Below are positions 50,078-61,200 of a stretch of DNA of 64,000 nucleotides, piece by piece. A program made the position numbers and the translations under genes. Position 1 is the first letter of the stretch, and each line of letters opens with the position of its first letter. Source of the stretch: Mobula hypostoma (lineage: Eukaryota); contig NC_086109.1 in NCBI RefSeq assembly GCF_963921235.1, forward strand, positions 558,001 to 622,000. The letters are read 5' to 3'. Below the pieces are notes generated by a model. That model saw only the letters and a program-made list of their open reading frames with translations, had not been told where the DNA came from and ran no database searches.

Positions 50078-50700
50078 GTCACCTCAGTAGCCCCCGCTAA
50101 TCTCCCTGCCAGGATATTGGTCCCCCTAGGATTCAAGTGTAACCCGTCCTTTTTGTACAGGTCACGCCTGCACCAATAGAGGTCCCAATGATCCAAAAAC
50201 TTGAATCCCTGCCCCCTGCTCCAATCCCTCAGCCACGCATTTATCCTGCACCTCATCGCATTCCTACTCTCACTGTCGCGTGACACAGGCAGTAATCCGA
50301 GATTACTACCTTTGCGGTCCTTTTTCTCAACTCCCTTCCTAGCTCCCTATATTCTTCTTTCAGGACTTCATCCCTTTTCCTACCTATGTCATTAGTACCT
50401 ATATGTACCACGACCTCTGGCTCCTCACCCTCCCACTTCAGGATATCTTGGACACGATCAGAAATATCCCGGACCCTGGCACCAGGGAGGCAAACTACCA
50501 TCCGGGTCTCTGGACTGCGTCCACAGAATCGCCTATCTGACCCCCTTACTATCGAGTCCCCTATCACAACTGCCCTCCTATTCCTTGCCCTACCCTTCTG
50601 AGCTACAGGGCCAGACTCTGTGCCGGAGGCAGGGCCACTGTCGCTTCCCCCGGGTAAGCTGTCCCCTCCAACAGTACTCAAACAGGAGTACCTGTTGTTA
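50068..50700 (-). pseudogene. LINE ORF1p C-terminal part, SGNH/GDSL esterase domain; 5'-truncated with a 1-nt frameshift
   Basis: Blocks VVIGDSIV (GDS at 50561-50553), LPGA, VHIGTND and KDGLHLN are split over two track ORFs (50253-50681 and 50068-50286). Restoring one G at TCGG^ATTA (+ strand CC 50297-50298) joins them as ...KVVISGLLPVSRDSESRN... The frame extends upstream as NNRYSCLSTV to the insertion junction with no start codon. Confidence 0.9.
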
Positions 50701-50707
50701 AGGTTAG
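50701..50707 (+). repeat. Target-site duplication, right copy AGGTTAG
   Basis: ...CCTGTTGTTA[AGGTTAG]TTATTATAGGGCTATAG. Identical 7-mer to 46956-46962. Confidence 0.9.
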
Positions 50708-53700
50708 TTATTATAGGGCTATAGTTTCAGGGCAGGAGTTTCAGGGCAGCAGTTTCAGGGCATGAGATTCAGGGCAGGAGTTTCAGGTCATGAGATTCAG
50801 GGCAGGAGTTTCAGGGCATGAGATTCTGGGCTGGAGTTCAGGGCAGCAGTTTCCGGCAACAGTTTCAGAGTATGAGATTCAAGGTGGGAGTTTCATGCAG
50901 CAGTTTCAGGGCAGCAGTTTCAGGGCAGTAGTTTCAAGGCAGTAGTTTCAGGGCAGGAGATTCAGGACAGGAGTTTCAGAGCAGGAGTTTCCCGGCAGCA
51001 GTTTCAGGGCATGAGATTCAAGGCAGGACTTTCAGGGCTGTAGTTTCAGGGCAGGAGATTCAGGGCAGGAGCTTCAGGGCAGGAGTTTCAGGGCAGGAGT
51101 TTCAGGGCAGGAGATTCAGGGCAGGAGTTTCAGGGCATGAGTTCCAGGGCATGTGTTTCAGAGCAGGAGTTTCACGTCGGGAGATTCAGGACAGATGTGT
51201 CAGGTCAGTAGTTTGAAGGCATGAGTTTTAGGGCAGAAGATTCAGGGCAGGAGATTCAGGGAAGGAGATTCAGGGCAGGAGTTTCAGGGCAGGAGATTCA
51301 GGGCAGGAGTTTCCGGGCAGCAGTTTCAGGGCAACAGTTTCAGGGCATGAGATTCAAGGCAGGAGTTCAAAGGCAGGAGTTTCAGGGCATGAGTTTCAGG
51401 ACAGGAGTTTCAGGCAGGAGTTTCAGGACAGGAGTTTCATGTCATGAGATTCATGGCCGGACTTAAGTTTGTAGTTTCCGTGCAGCAGTTTCAGGGCAAC
51501 AGTTTCAGGGCATGGGATTCAAGGCAGGAGTTTGAGGGCATGGGTTTCAGGGCATGAGTTTCAGGGCAGCAGTTTCAGGGCAGGAGATTAAGGGCATGAT
51601 ATTCAATGGAGGATTTTCAGAGCAGAAGTTTCAGGGCAGCAGTTTTACGGCTTAAGTTTCAGGGCTTGACTTTCAGGGTTTGAGTTTCAGGGCTTGAGTT
51701 TCAGGACAGGAGTTTTAGGGCAGGAGATTCAGGGCATGAGATTCAGGGCAGGAGATTCAGGGCAGGAGATTCAGGGCAGGACTTTCAGGGCAAGAGATTC
51801 AGGGCAGGAGATTCAGGGAAGGAGATTCAGGGCAGGAGTTTCAGTGCAGGATTTCACGGCAGTAGCTTCAGGGCAGGAGATTCAGGGCAGGAGATTCAGG
51901 GCAGGAGATTCAGGGCAGGAGATTCAGGGCAGGAGTTTCAGGGCAGTGGTTTCAGTGCAGTAGTTTCAGGCCAGGAGCTTTCGGCCAGTATTTTCAGGAC
52001 ATGAGTTTCAGAGAAGGAGTTTCACGTCAGGAGATTCAGGGTAGAAGGTTCACGTCAGCACTTTGAAGGAATGAGTTTCAGGGCAGGAGATTCATGGCAA
52101 GAGTTTCAAGGCAGGAGATTAAGGGCAGCAGTTTCAGGGCTGTAGTTTCAGTGCAGGAGTTTTAGGGCAGGAGTTTCAGGGTATGAGTTCCAGGGCATGT
52201 GTTTCAGGTCACGAGATTCAAGGCAGGAGTTTCAGGACTATAGTTTCAGGGCAGGAGTTTCAGGCCATGAGTTTCAGAGCAGGAGTTTCACGTCAGGAGA
52301 TTCAGCACAGATGTGTCAGGTCAGTAGTTTGAAGGCATGAGTTTTAGGGCAGAAGATTCAGGGCAGGAGATTCAGGGAAGGATATTTAGGGCAGGAGTTT
52401 CAGGGCAGCAGTTTCAGGGCATGAGATTCAGGGCAGGAGTTTCAGGGCATGAGATTCTGGGCTGGAGTTCAGGGCAGCAGTTTCCGGCAACAGTTTCAGA
52501 GCATGAGATTCAAGGTGGGAGTTTCATGCAGCAGTTTCAGGGCAGCAGTTTCAGGGCAGTAGTTTCAAGGCAGTAGTTTCAGGGCAGGAGATTCAGGGCA
52601 GGAGCTTCAGGGCAGGAGTTTCAGGGCAGGAGATTCAGGGCAGGAGTTTCAGGGCATGAGTTCCAGGGCATGTGTTTCAGGTCACGAGATTCAAGGCAGT
52701 AGTTTCAGGACTATAGTTTCAGGGCAGGAGTTTCAGGCCATGAGTTTCAGAGCAGGAGTTTCACGTCAGGAGATTCAGGACAGATGTGTCAGGTCAGTAG
52801 TTTGAAGGCATGAGTTTTAGGGCAGAAGATTCAGGGCAGGAGATTCAGGGCAGGAGTTTCAGGGCATGAGATTCTGGGCTGGAGTTCAGGGCAGCAGTTT
52901 CCGGCAACAGTTTCAGAGCATGAGATTCAAGGTGGGAGTTTCATGCAGTAGTTTCAGGGCAGCAATTTCAGGGCAGTAGTTTCAAGGCAGTAGTTTCAGG
53001 GCAGGAGATTCAGGACAGGAGTTTCAGAGCAGGAGTTTCCGGGCAGCAGTTTCAGGGCATGAGATTCAAGGCAGGACTTTCAGGTCTGTAGTTTCAGGAC
53101 AGGAGATTCAGGGCAGGAGCTTCAGGGCAGGAGTTTCAGGGCAGGAGTTTCAGGGCAGGAGATTCAGGGCAGGAGTTTCAGGGCATGAGTTCCAGGGCAT
53201 GTGTTTCAGCTCACGAGATTCAAGGCAGTAGTTTCAGGACTATAGTTTCAGGGCAGGAGTTTCAGGCCATGAGTTTCAGAGCAGAAGTTTCACGTCAGGA
53301 GATTCAGGACAGATGTGTCAGGTCAGTAGTTTGAAGGCATGAGTTTTAGGGCAGAAGATTCAAGGCAGGAGATTCAGGGAAGGAGATTCAGGGCAGGAGT
53401 TTCAGGGCAGGAGATTCAGGGCAGGAGTTTCCGGGCAGCAGTTTCAGGGCAACAGTTTCAGGGCATGAGATTCAAGGCAGGAGTTCAAAGGCAGGAGTTT
53501 CAGGGCATGAGTTTCAGGACAGGAGTTTCAGGCAGGAGTTTCAGGACAGGAGTTTCATGTCATGAGATTCATGGCCGGAATTAAGTTTGTAGTTTCCGGG
53601 CAGCAGTTTCAGGGCAACAGTTTCAGGGCATGGGATTCAAGGCAGGAGTTTGAGGGCATGGGTTTCAGGGCATGAATTTCAGGGCAGCAGTTTCAGGGCA

Positions 53701-56700
53701 GGAGATTAAGGGCATGAGATTCAATGGAGGATTTTCAGAGCAGAAGTTTCAGGGCAGCAGTTTTACGGCTTGAGTTTCAGGGCTTGACTTTCAGGGTTTG
53801 AGTTTCAGGGCTTGAGTTTCAGGGCAGGAGTTTCAGGGCAGGAGATTCAGAGCATGAGATTCAGGGCAAGAGATTCAGGGCAAGAAATTCAGGACAAGAA
53901 ATTCAGGGCAGGAGATTCAGGGCAGTAGATTCAGGGCAGGAGTTTCCGGGCAGGAGTTTCCGGGTAGCCGTTTCCGGGCAGCAGTTTCAGGGCATGAGAT
54001 TCAAGGCAGGAGTTTGAGGGCATGAGTTTCAGGGCATGAGTTTCTATGCAGGAGTTTCAGGACAGGAGTTACAGGACAGGAGTTTCAGATCATGATATTC
54101 ATGGCAGGAGTTAAGGGCCGTAGTTTCAGAGAAGGAGTTTCACATCAGGAGATTCAGTGTAGAAGTTTCTTTTCAGGAGTTTGAAGGCATGAGTTTAAGG
54201 GCATGAGTTTCAGGACAGCGGTTTCAGGGCAGGAGATTAAGGGCATGAGATTCAATGGAGGATTTTCAGGGCAGAAGTTTCAGGGCAGCAGTTTTACGGC
54301 TTGAGTTTCAGGGCTTGACTTTCAGGGTTTGAGTTTCAGGGCTTGAGTTTCAGGGCAGGAGTTTCAGGGCAGGAGATTCAGGGCATGAGATTCAGGGCAG
54401 GAGATTCAGGGCAGGAGATTCAGGGCAGGAGTTTCAGGGCAGGAGATTCAGCACAGGAGATTCAGGGAAGGAGATTCAGGGCAGGAGTTTCAGTGCAGGA
54501 TTTCACGGCAGTAGCTTCAGGGCAGGAGATTCAGGGCAGGAGATTCAGGGCATGAGATTCAGGGCAGGAGTTTCAGGGCAGTGGTTTCAGTGCAGTAGTT
54601 TCAGGCCAGGAGCTTTCGGCCAGTATTTTCAGGACATGAGTTTCACAGAAGGAGTTTCACGTCAGGAGATTCAGGATAGAAGGCTCACGTCAGCACTTTG
54701 AAGGAATGAGTTTCAGGGCAGGAGATTCATGGCAAGAGTTTCAAGGCAGGAGATTAAGGGCAGCAGTTTCAGGGCTGTAGTTTCAGTGCAGAAGTTTTAG
54801 GGCAGGAGTTTCAGGGCATGAGTTCCAGGGCATGTGTTTCAGGTCACGAGATTCAAGGCAGGAGTTTCAGGACTATAGTTTCAGTGCAGGAGTTTCAGGC
54901 CATGAGTTTCAGAGCAGAAGTTTCACGTCAGGAGATTCAGGACAGATGTGTCAGGTCAGTAGTTTGAAGGCATAAGTTTTAGGGCAGAAGATTCAGGGCA
55001 GGAGATTCAAGGAAGGAGATTCAGGGCAGGAGTTTCAGGGCAGGAGTTTCACGGCAGTAGCTTCAGGGCAGGAGATTCAGGGCAGGAGATTCAGGGCAGG
55101 AATTTCAGGGCATGAGTTTCAGTGCAGGAGTTTCAGGACAGGAGTTACAGGACAGGAGTTTCAGATCATGAGATTCATGGCAGGAGTTAAGGGCCGTAGT
55201 TTCAGGGCAGGAGATTAAGGGCATGAGATTCAATGGAGGAGTTTCAGGGCAGCAATTTTAGGGCTTGAGTTTCAGGGCTGAAGATTCAGGACTGGAGTTT
55301 CAGGGAAGGAGAGTCAGGACAGGAGCTTCAGGGTCGTACTTTCAGTGAAAGAGTTTTCGGGCAGGAGTTTCAGCGCAAGAGATTCAGGGCAGCAGTTTCA
55401 GCGCAGGAGTTTCCGGGCAGCAGTTTCAGGGCATGAGATTCAAGGCAGGAGTTTCAGGGCATGTGTTTCAGGTCACGAGATTCAAGACAGGAGTTTCAGG
55501 ACTATAGTTTCAGGACAGGAGTTTCAGGCCATGAGTTTCAGAGCAGGAGTTTCACTTCAGGAGATACAGTGCAGAAGTTTCATGTCAGGAGTTTGAAGGC
55601 ATGAGTTACAGGGCTGGAGATTCAGGGCAGGAGTTTCAGGGCAGGAGATTAAGGGCAGCATTTCAGTTCAGCATTTTCAGGATAGGAGAATCAGGGCAGG
55701 AGTTTCAGGTTAGTTATTATAGGGCTATAGTTTCAGGGCAGGAGTTTCAGGGCAGCAGTTTCAGGGCATGAGATTCAGGGCAGGAGTTTCAGGTCATGAG
55801 ATTCAGTGCAGGAGTTTCAGGGCATGAGATTCTGGGCTGGAGTTCAGGGCAGCAGTTTCCGGCAACAGTTTCAGAGCATGAGATTCAAGGTGGGAGTTTC
55901 ATGCAGCAGATTCAGGGCAGCAGTTTCAGGGCAGTAGTTTCAGGGCAGCGGTTTCAGAGCAGGAGATTAAGGGCATGAGATTCAATGGAGGAGTTTCAGG
56001 GCAGCAATTTTAGGGCTTGAGTTTCAGGGCTTGACTTTCAGGGTTTGAGTTTCAGGGCAGGAGTTTCCGGGCAGGAGATTCAGGGCAGGAGATTCAGGGC
56101 AGGAGATTCTGGGCAGGAGATTCAGGGCAGGAGTTTCCGGGCAGCAGTTTCAGGGCAACAGTTTCAGGGCATGAGATTCAAGGCAGGAGTTTAAGGGCAT
56201 GAGTTTCAGGGCATGAGTTTCAGGACAGAAGTTTCAGGCAGGAGTTTCAAGACAGGAGTTTAGGTCATGAGATTCATGGCAGGAGTTAAGGGCTGTAGAT
56301 TCCGGGCAGCAGTTTCAGGGCAACAGTTTCAGGGCATGGGATTCAAGGCAGGAGTTTGAGGGCATGGGTTTCAGGGCATGAGTTTCAGGGCAGGACTTTC
56401 AGGACAGGAGTTTCAAGACAGGAGTTTCAAGTCATGAGATTCATGGCAGGAGTTAAGGGCTGTAGTTTCAGGTCAGGAGTTTCGGGACATGAGTTTCAGA
56501 GAAGGAGATTCACATCAGGAGATTCAGTGTAGAAGTTTCTGTTCAGGAGTTTGAAGTCATGAGTTTCAGGGCAGGAGATTCAGGGCAGCGGTTTCAGGGC
56601 AGGAGATTAAGGGCATGAGATTCAATGGAGGATTTTCAGGGCAGAAGTTTCAGGGCGGCAGTTTTACGGCTTGAGTTTCAGGGCTTGACTTTCAGGGTTT

Positions 56701-58224
56701 GAGTTTCAGGGCTTGAGTTTCAGGGCAGGAGTTTCAGGGCAGGAGATTCAGGGCATGAGATTCAGGGCAGGAGATTCAGGGCAGGAAATTCAGGGCAGGA
56801 GATTCATGGAAGGAGATTCAGGGCAGGAGTTTCAGTGCAGGATTTCACGGCCGTAGCTTCAGGGCAGGAGATTCAGGGCAGGAGATTCAGGGCAGGAGAT
56901 TCAGGGCATGACATTCAGGGTATGAGTTGCAGGGCGCGTGTTTCAGATCACGAGATTGAAGGCAGGAGTTTCAGGACTATAGTTTCAGGGCAGGAGTTTC
57001 AGGCCATGAGTTTCAGAGCAGGAGTTTCACGTCAGGAGATTCAGGGCAGATGTGTCACGTCAGTAGTTGGAAGGCATGAGTTTTAAGGCAGAAGATTCAG
57101 GACAGGAGCTTCAGGGTCTTACTTTCAGGGAAAGAGTTTTCGGGCAGGAGTTTCAGCGCAAGAGATTCAGGGCAGCAGTTTCAGCGCAGGAGTTTCCGGG
57201 CAGCAGTTTCAGGGCATGAGATTCAAGGCAGGAGTTTCAGGGCATGTGTTTCAGGTCACGAGATTCAAGACAGGAGTTTCAGTACTATAGTTTCAGGGCA
57301 GGAGTTTCAGGCCATGAGTTTCAGAGCAGGAGTTTCACTTCAGGAGATACAGTGCAGAAGTTTCATGTCAGGAGTTTGAAGGCATGAGTTACAGGGCTGG
57401 AGATTAAGGGCAGCATTTCAGTTCAGCATTTTCAGGGTAGGAGAATCAGGGCAGGAGTTTCAGGTTAGTTATTATAGGGCTATAGTTTCAGAGCAGGAGT
57501 TTCAGGGCAGCAGTTTCAGGGCATGAGATTCAGGGCAGGAGTTTCAGGTCATGAGATTCAGGGCAGGAGTTTCAGGGCATGAGATTCTGGGCTGGAGTTC
57601 AGGGCAGCAGTTTCCGGCAACAGTTTCAGAGTATGAGATTCAAGGTGGGAGTTTCATGCAGCAGTTTCAGGGCAGCAGTTTCAGGGCAGTAGTTTCAAGG
57701 CAGTAGTTTCAGGGCAGGAGATTCAAGGCAGGACTTTCAGGGCTGTAGTTTCAGGGCAGGAGATTCAGGGCAGGAGTTTCAGGTCAGGAGTTTGAAGGCA
57801 TGAGTATCAGGGCAGGAGATTCACGGGAGGAGATTCAGTGCAGGAGTTTCAATGCAGGAGTTTCAGGGCAGGAGATTCATGGTAGATCTTTCAGGGTTGT
57901 AGGTTCAGGGCAGGAGTTGTACGGCAGGAGTTTCAGGGCAGCAGTTTCAGGGCATGAGATTCAGGGCAGTAGTTTCAGGGCAGGAATTTCTGGGCAGGAG
58001 TTTCAGGGCATAAGAGTCTGGGTAGGAGTTTCAGGGCAGCAGTTTCAGAGCATGAGATTCAAGGATTCAAGGTGGTGGTTTCAGGGCAGGAGTTTCAGGG
58101 TAGGAGTTTCAGTGCAGGAGATTCGGGTCATGAGTTTCACGTGTGGAGATTCAGTACAGAAGTTTCCGGTCAGGAGTTTGAAGGCATGAGTTTCAGGGCA
58201 GGAGTTTCAGGGCATGAGATTCAG

Positions 58225-61200
58225 GGCAGGAGTTTCAGGGCAGGAGATTAAGGGCAGCAGTTTCATGGCAGGAGATTCAGGGCAGCAGTTTCAGGGTAGC
58301 TGTTTCAGGGCTGTAGTTTCATGCAGGAGTTTCAGGGCAGCAGTTTCAGGTCATGAGATTCAGTGCAGGAGTTTCAGGGCAGTAATTTAAGGGCAGGAGT
58401 TTCAGGGCAGGATTTTCAGGGCAGGAGTTTCAGGGCAGTAGAGTCAGGGTTGTCGTTTCAGGGCAGGTGTTTCAAGGCAGGAGTTTCAGGGCATGAGATT
58501 CAGGGCAGGAGTTTCAGGGTAGATGTTTTAGGGCTATAGTTTCAGGGCAGGAGTTGTAGGGCAGGAGTTTCAGGAGAGCAGTTTCAGGGCATGAGATTCA
58601 AGGTGGGAGTTTCAGCGCGAGAGTGTCAGGGCAGCAATTTCAACGTAGGAGTTTCAGGGCAGGAGTTTCAGGGCAGGAGTTTCAAGGCAGGAATTTCAGG
58701 GCAGTAGTTTCAGGGCAGGAGATTCAGAGCAGGAGATTCAGGGCAGGAGTTTCCGGACAGGAGTTTCCGGGTAGCAGTTTCAGGGCAGCAGTTTCAGGGC
58801 ACGACTTTCAGGGCAGGACTTTCAGGACAGGAGTTTGAAGACAGGAGTTTCAAGTCATGAGATTCATGGCAGGAGTTAAGGGCTGTAGTTTCAGGGCAGG
58901 AGTTTCAAAGACATGAGTTTCAGAGAAAGAGTTTCACATCAGGAGATTCAGTGTAGAAGTTTCTGTTCAGGAGTTTGAAGGCATGAATGTCAGGGCAGGC
59001 GATTCAGGGCAGGGGATTAAGGGCAGGAGATTAAGGGCATGAGATTCAATGGAGGAGTATCATGGCAGAAGTTTCAGGACAGGTGTTTTACGGCTTGAGT
59101 TTCAGGGCTTGACTTTCAGGGCTTGAGTTTCAGGGCAGGAGTTACAGGGCAGGAGTTTCAGGGCAGGAGATTCAGGGCAGGAGATTCAGGGCAGGAGTTT
59201 CAGGGCGGGAGATTCAGGGCAGGAGTTTCAGGGCTGGAGATTCAGGGCAGGAGATTCAGGGCAGGAGATTCAGGGCAGGAGATTCAGGGCATGAGATTCA
59301 GGGCAGGAGTTTCAGGGCAGTGGTTTCAGTGCAGTAGTTTCAGGCCAGGAGCTTTCGGCCAGTATTTTCAGGACATGAGTTTCAGAGAAGGAGTTTCACG
59401 TCAGGAGATTCAGGGTAGAAGGTTCACGTCAGCACTTTGAAGGAATGAGTTTCAGGGCAGGAGATTCATGGCAAGAGTTTCAAGGCAGGAGATTCAGGGC
59501 AGCAGTTTCAGTGCAGGAGTTTCCGGGCAGCAGTTTCAGGGCATGAGATTCAAGGCAGGAGTTTCAGGGTATGAGTTGCAGGCCATGTGTTTCAGGTCAC
59601 GAGATTCAAGGCAGGAGTTTCAGGACTATAGTTTCAGGGCAGGAGTTTCAGGCCATGAGTTTCAGAGCAGGAGTTTCACGTCAGGAGATTCAGGGCAGAT
59701 GTGACACGTCAGTAGTTTGAAGGCATGAGTTTTAGGGCAGAAGATTCAGGGCTGGAGTTTCAGGGAAGGACATTCAGGACAGGAGCTTCAGGGTGGTACT
59801 TTCAGGGAAAGAGTTTTTGGGTAGGAGTTTCAGCGCAAGAGATTCAGGGCAGCAGTTTCAGCGCAGGAGTTTCCGGGCAGTAGTTTCAGGGCATGAGATT
59901 CAAGGCAGGAGTTTCAGGGCATGTGTTTCAGGTCACGAGATTCAAGACAGGAGTTTCAGGACTATTGTTTCAGGGCAGGAATTTCAGGCCATGAGTTTCA
60001 GAGCAGGAGTTTCACTTCAGGAGATTCAGTGCAGAAGTTTCATGTCAGGAGTTTGAAGGCATGAGTTACAGGGCTGGAGATTCAGGGCAGGAGTTTCAGT
60101 GCAGGAGATTCAGGGCAGGAGTTTCAGGGCAGTAGTGTCAGGGTTGTCGTTTCAGGGCAGGTGTTTCAGGGAAGGCGTTTCAGGGCATGAGATTCAAGGC
60201 AGGAGTTTCAGGGTAGATGTTTTAGGGCTATAATTTCAGGGCAGGAGTTGTAGGGCAGGAGTTTCAGGGCAGCAGTTTCAGGGCATGAGATTCAAGGTGG
60301 GAGTTTCAGCGCGAGAGTTTCAAGGCAGCAATTTCAACGTAGGAGTTTCAGATCAGGAGATTCAGGGTAGGAATTTCAGGGCAGTAGTTTCAGGGCAGGA
60401 GATTCAGGGCAGGAGATTCAGGGCAGGAGTTTCCAGGCAGGAGTTTCCGGGTAGCAGTTTCAGGGCAGCGGTTTCAGGGCATGAGTTTCAGGGCAGGACT
60501 TTCAGGACAGGAGTTTCAAGACAGGACTTTCAGGTCATGAGATTCATGGCAGGAGTTAAGGGCTGTAGTTTCAGGGCAGGAGTTTCAAAGACATGAGTTT
60601 CAGAGAAAGAGTTTCACATCAGGAGATTCAGTGTAGAAGTTTCTGTTCAGGAGTTTGAAGGCATGAATGTCAGGGCAGGCGATTCAGGGCAGGGGATTAA
60701 GGGCAGGAGATTAAGGGCATGAGATTCAATGGAGGAGTATCATGGCAGAAGTTTCAGAACAAGTGTTTTACGGCTTGAGTTTCAGGGCTTGACTTTCAGG
60801 GCTTGAGTTTCAGGGCAGAAGTTTCAAGGCAGGAGTTTCAGGGCAGGAGTTTCAGGGCAGGAGATTCAGGGCAGGAGATTCAGGTCAGGAGTTTCAGGGC
60901 AGGAGATTCAGGGCAGGAGATTCAGGGCAGGGGTTTCAGGGCAGGAGTTTTAAGGTAGGAGTTTCAGGGCAGTGGTTTCAGTGCAGTAGTGTCAGGCCAG
61001 GAGCTTTCGACCAGTAGTTTCAGTACATGAATTTCAGAGCAGGAGTTTCACGTCAGGAGATTCAGGGCAGATGTGTCAGGTCAGTAGTTTGAAGGCATGA
61101 GTTTTAGGGCAGGAGATTCAGGGCTGGAGTTTCAGGGAAGGAGATTCAGGACAGGAGCTTCAGGGTCGTACTTTAAGGGAAAGAGTTTTCAGGCAGGAGT

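Larger units (their letters stand above)
46963..50700 (-). mobile_element. CR1-clade non-LTR retrotransposon (LINE), 5'-truncated, 3738 bp
   Basis: Only non-satellite segment. On the minus strand it reads: partial SGNH-esterase ORF1, EN+RT ORF2, short hairpin 3'UTR, 8-bp microsatellite tail. It is flanked by direct repeats AGGTTAG. An esterase ORF1, an 8-bp tail and no C-terminal CCHC knuckle fit the CR1 clade. Confidence 0.95.

Noticed and set aside
47034..50601. + strand ORFs antisense to the LINE (e.g. 258 aa at 48948-49724, 134 aa at 47745-48149) and the minus-strand 89-aa ORF at 47719-47988
   Set aside because: Shadow ORFs of a long coding frame; Ser/Leu-rich with no recognisable motifs.
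50646..50669. Literal 'GDSL' in GGDSLPGG near the truncated ORF1 start
   Set aside because: It lies in a Gly/Ser/Pro linker without the preceding hydrophobic strand. The properly placed block I is VVIGDSIV.
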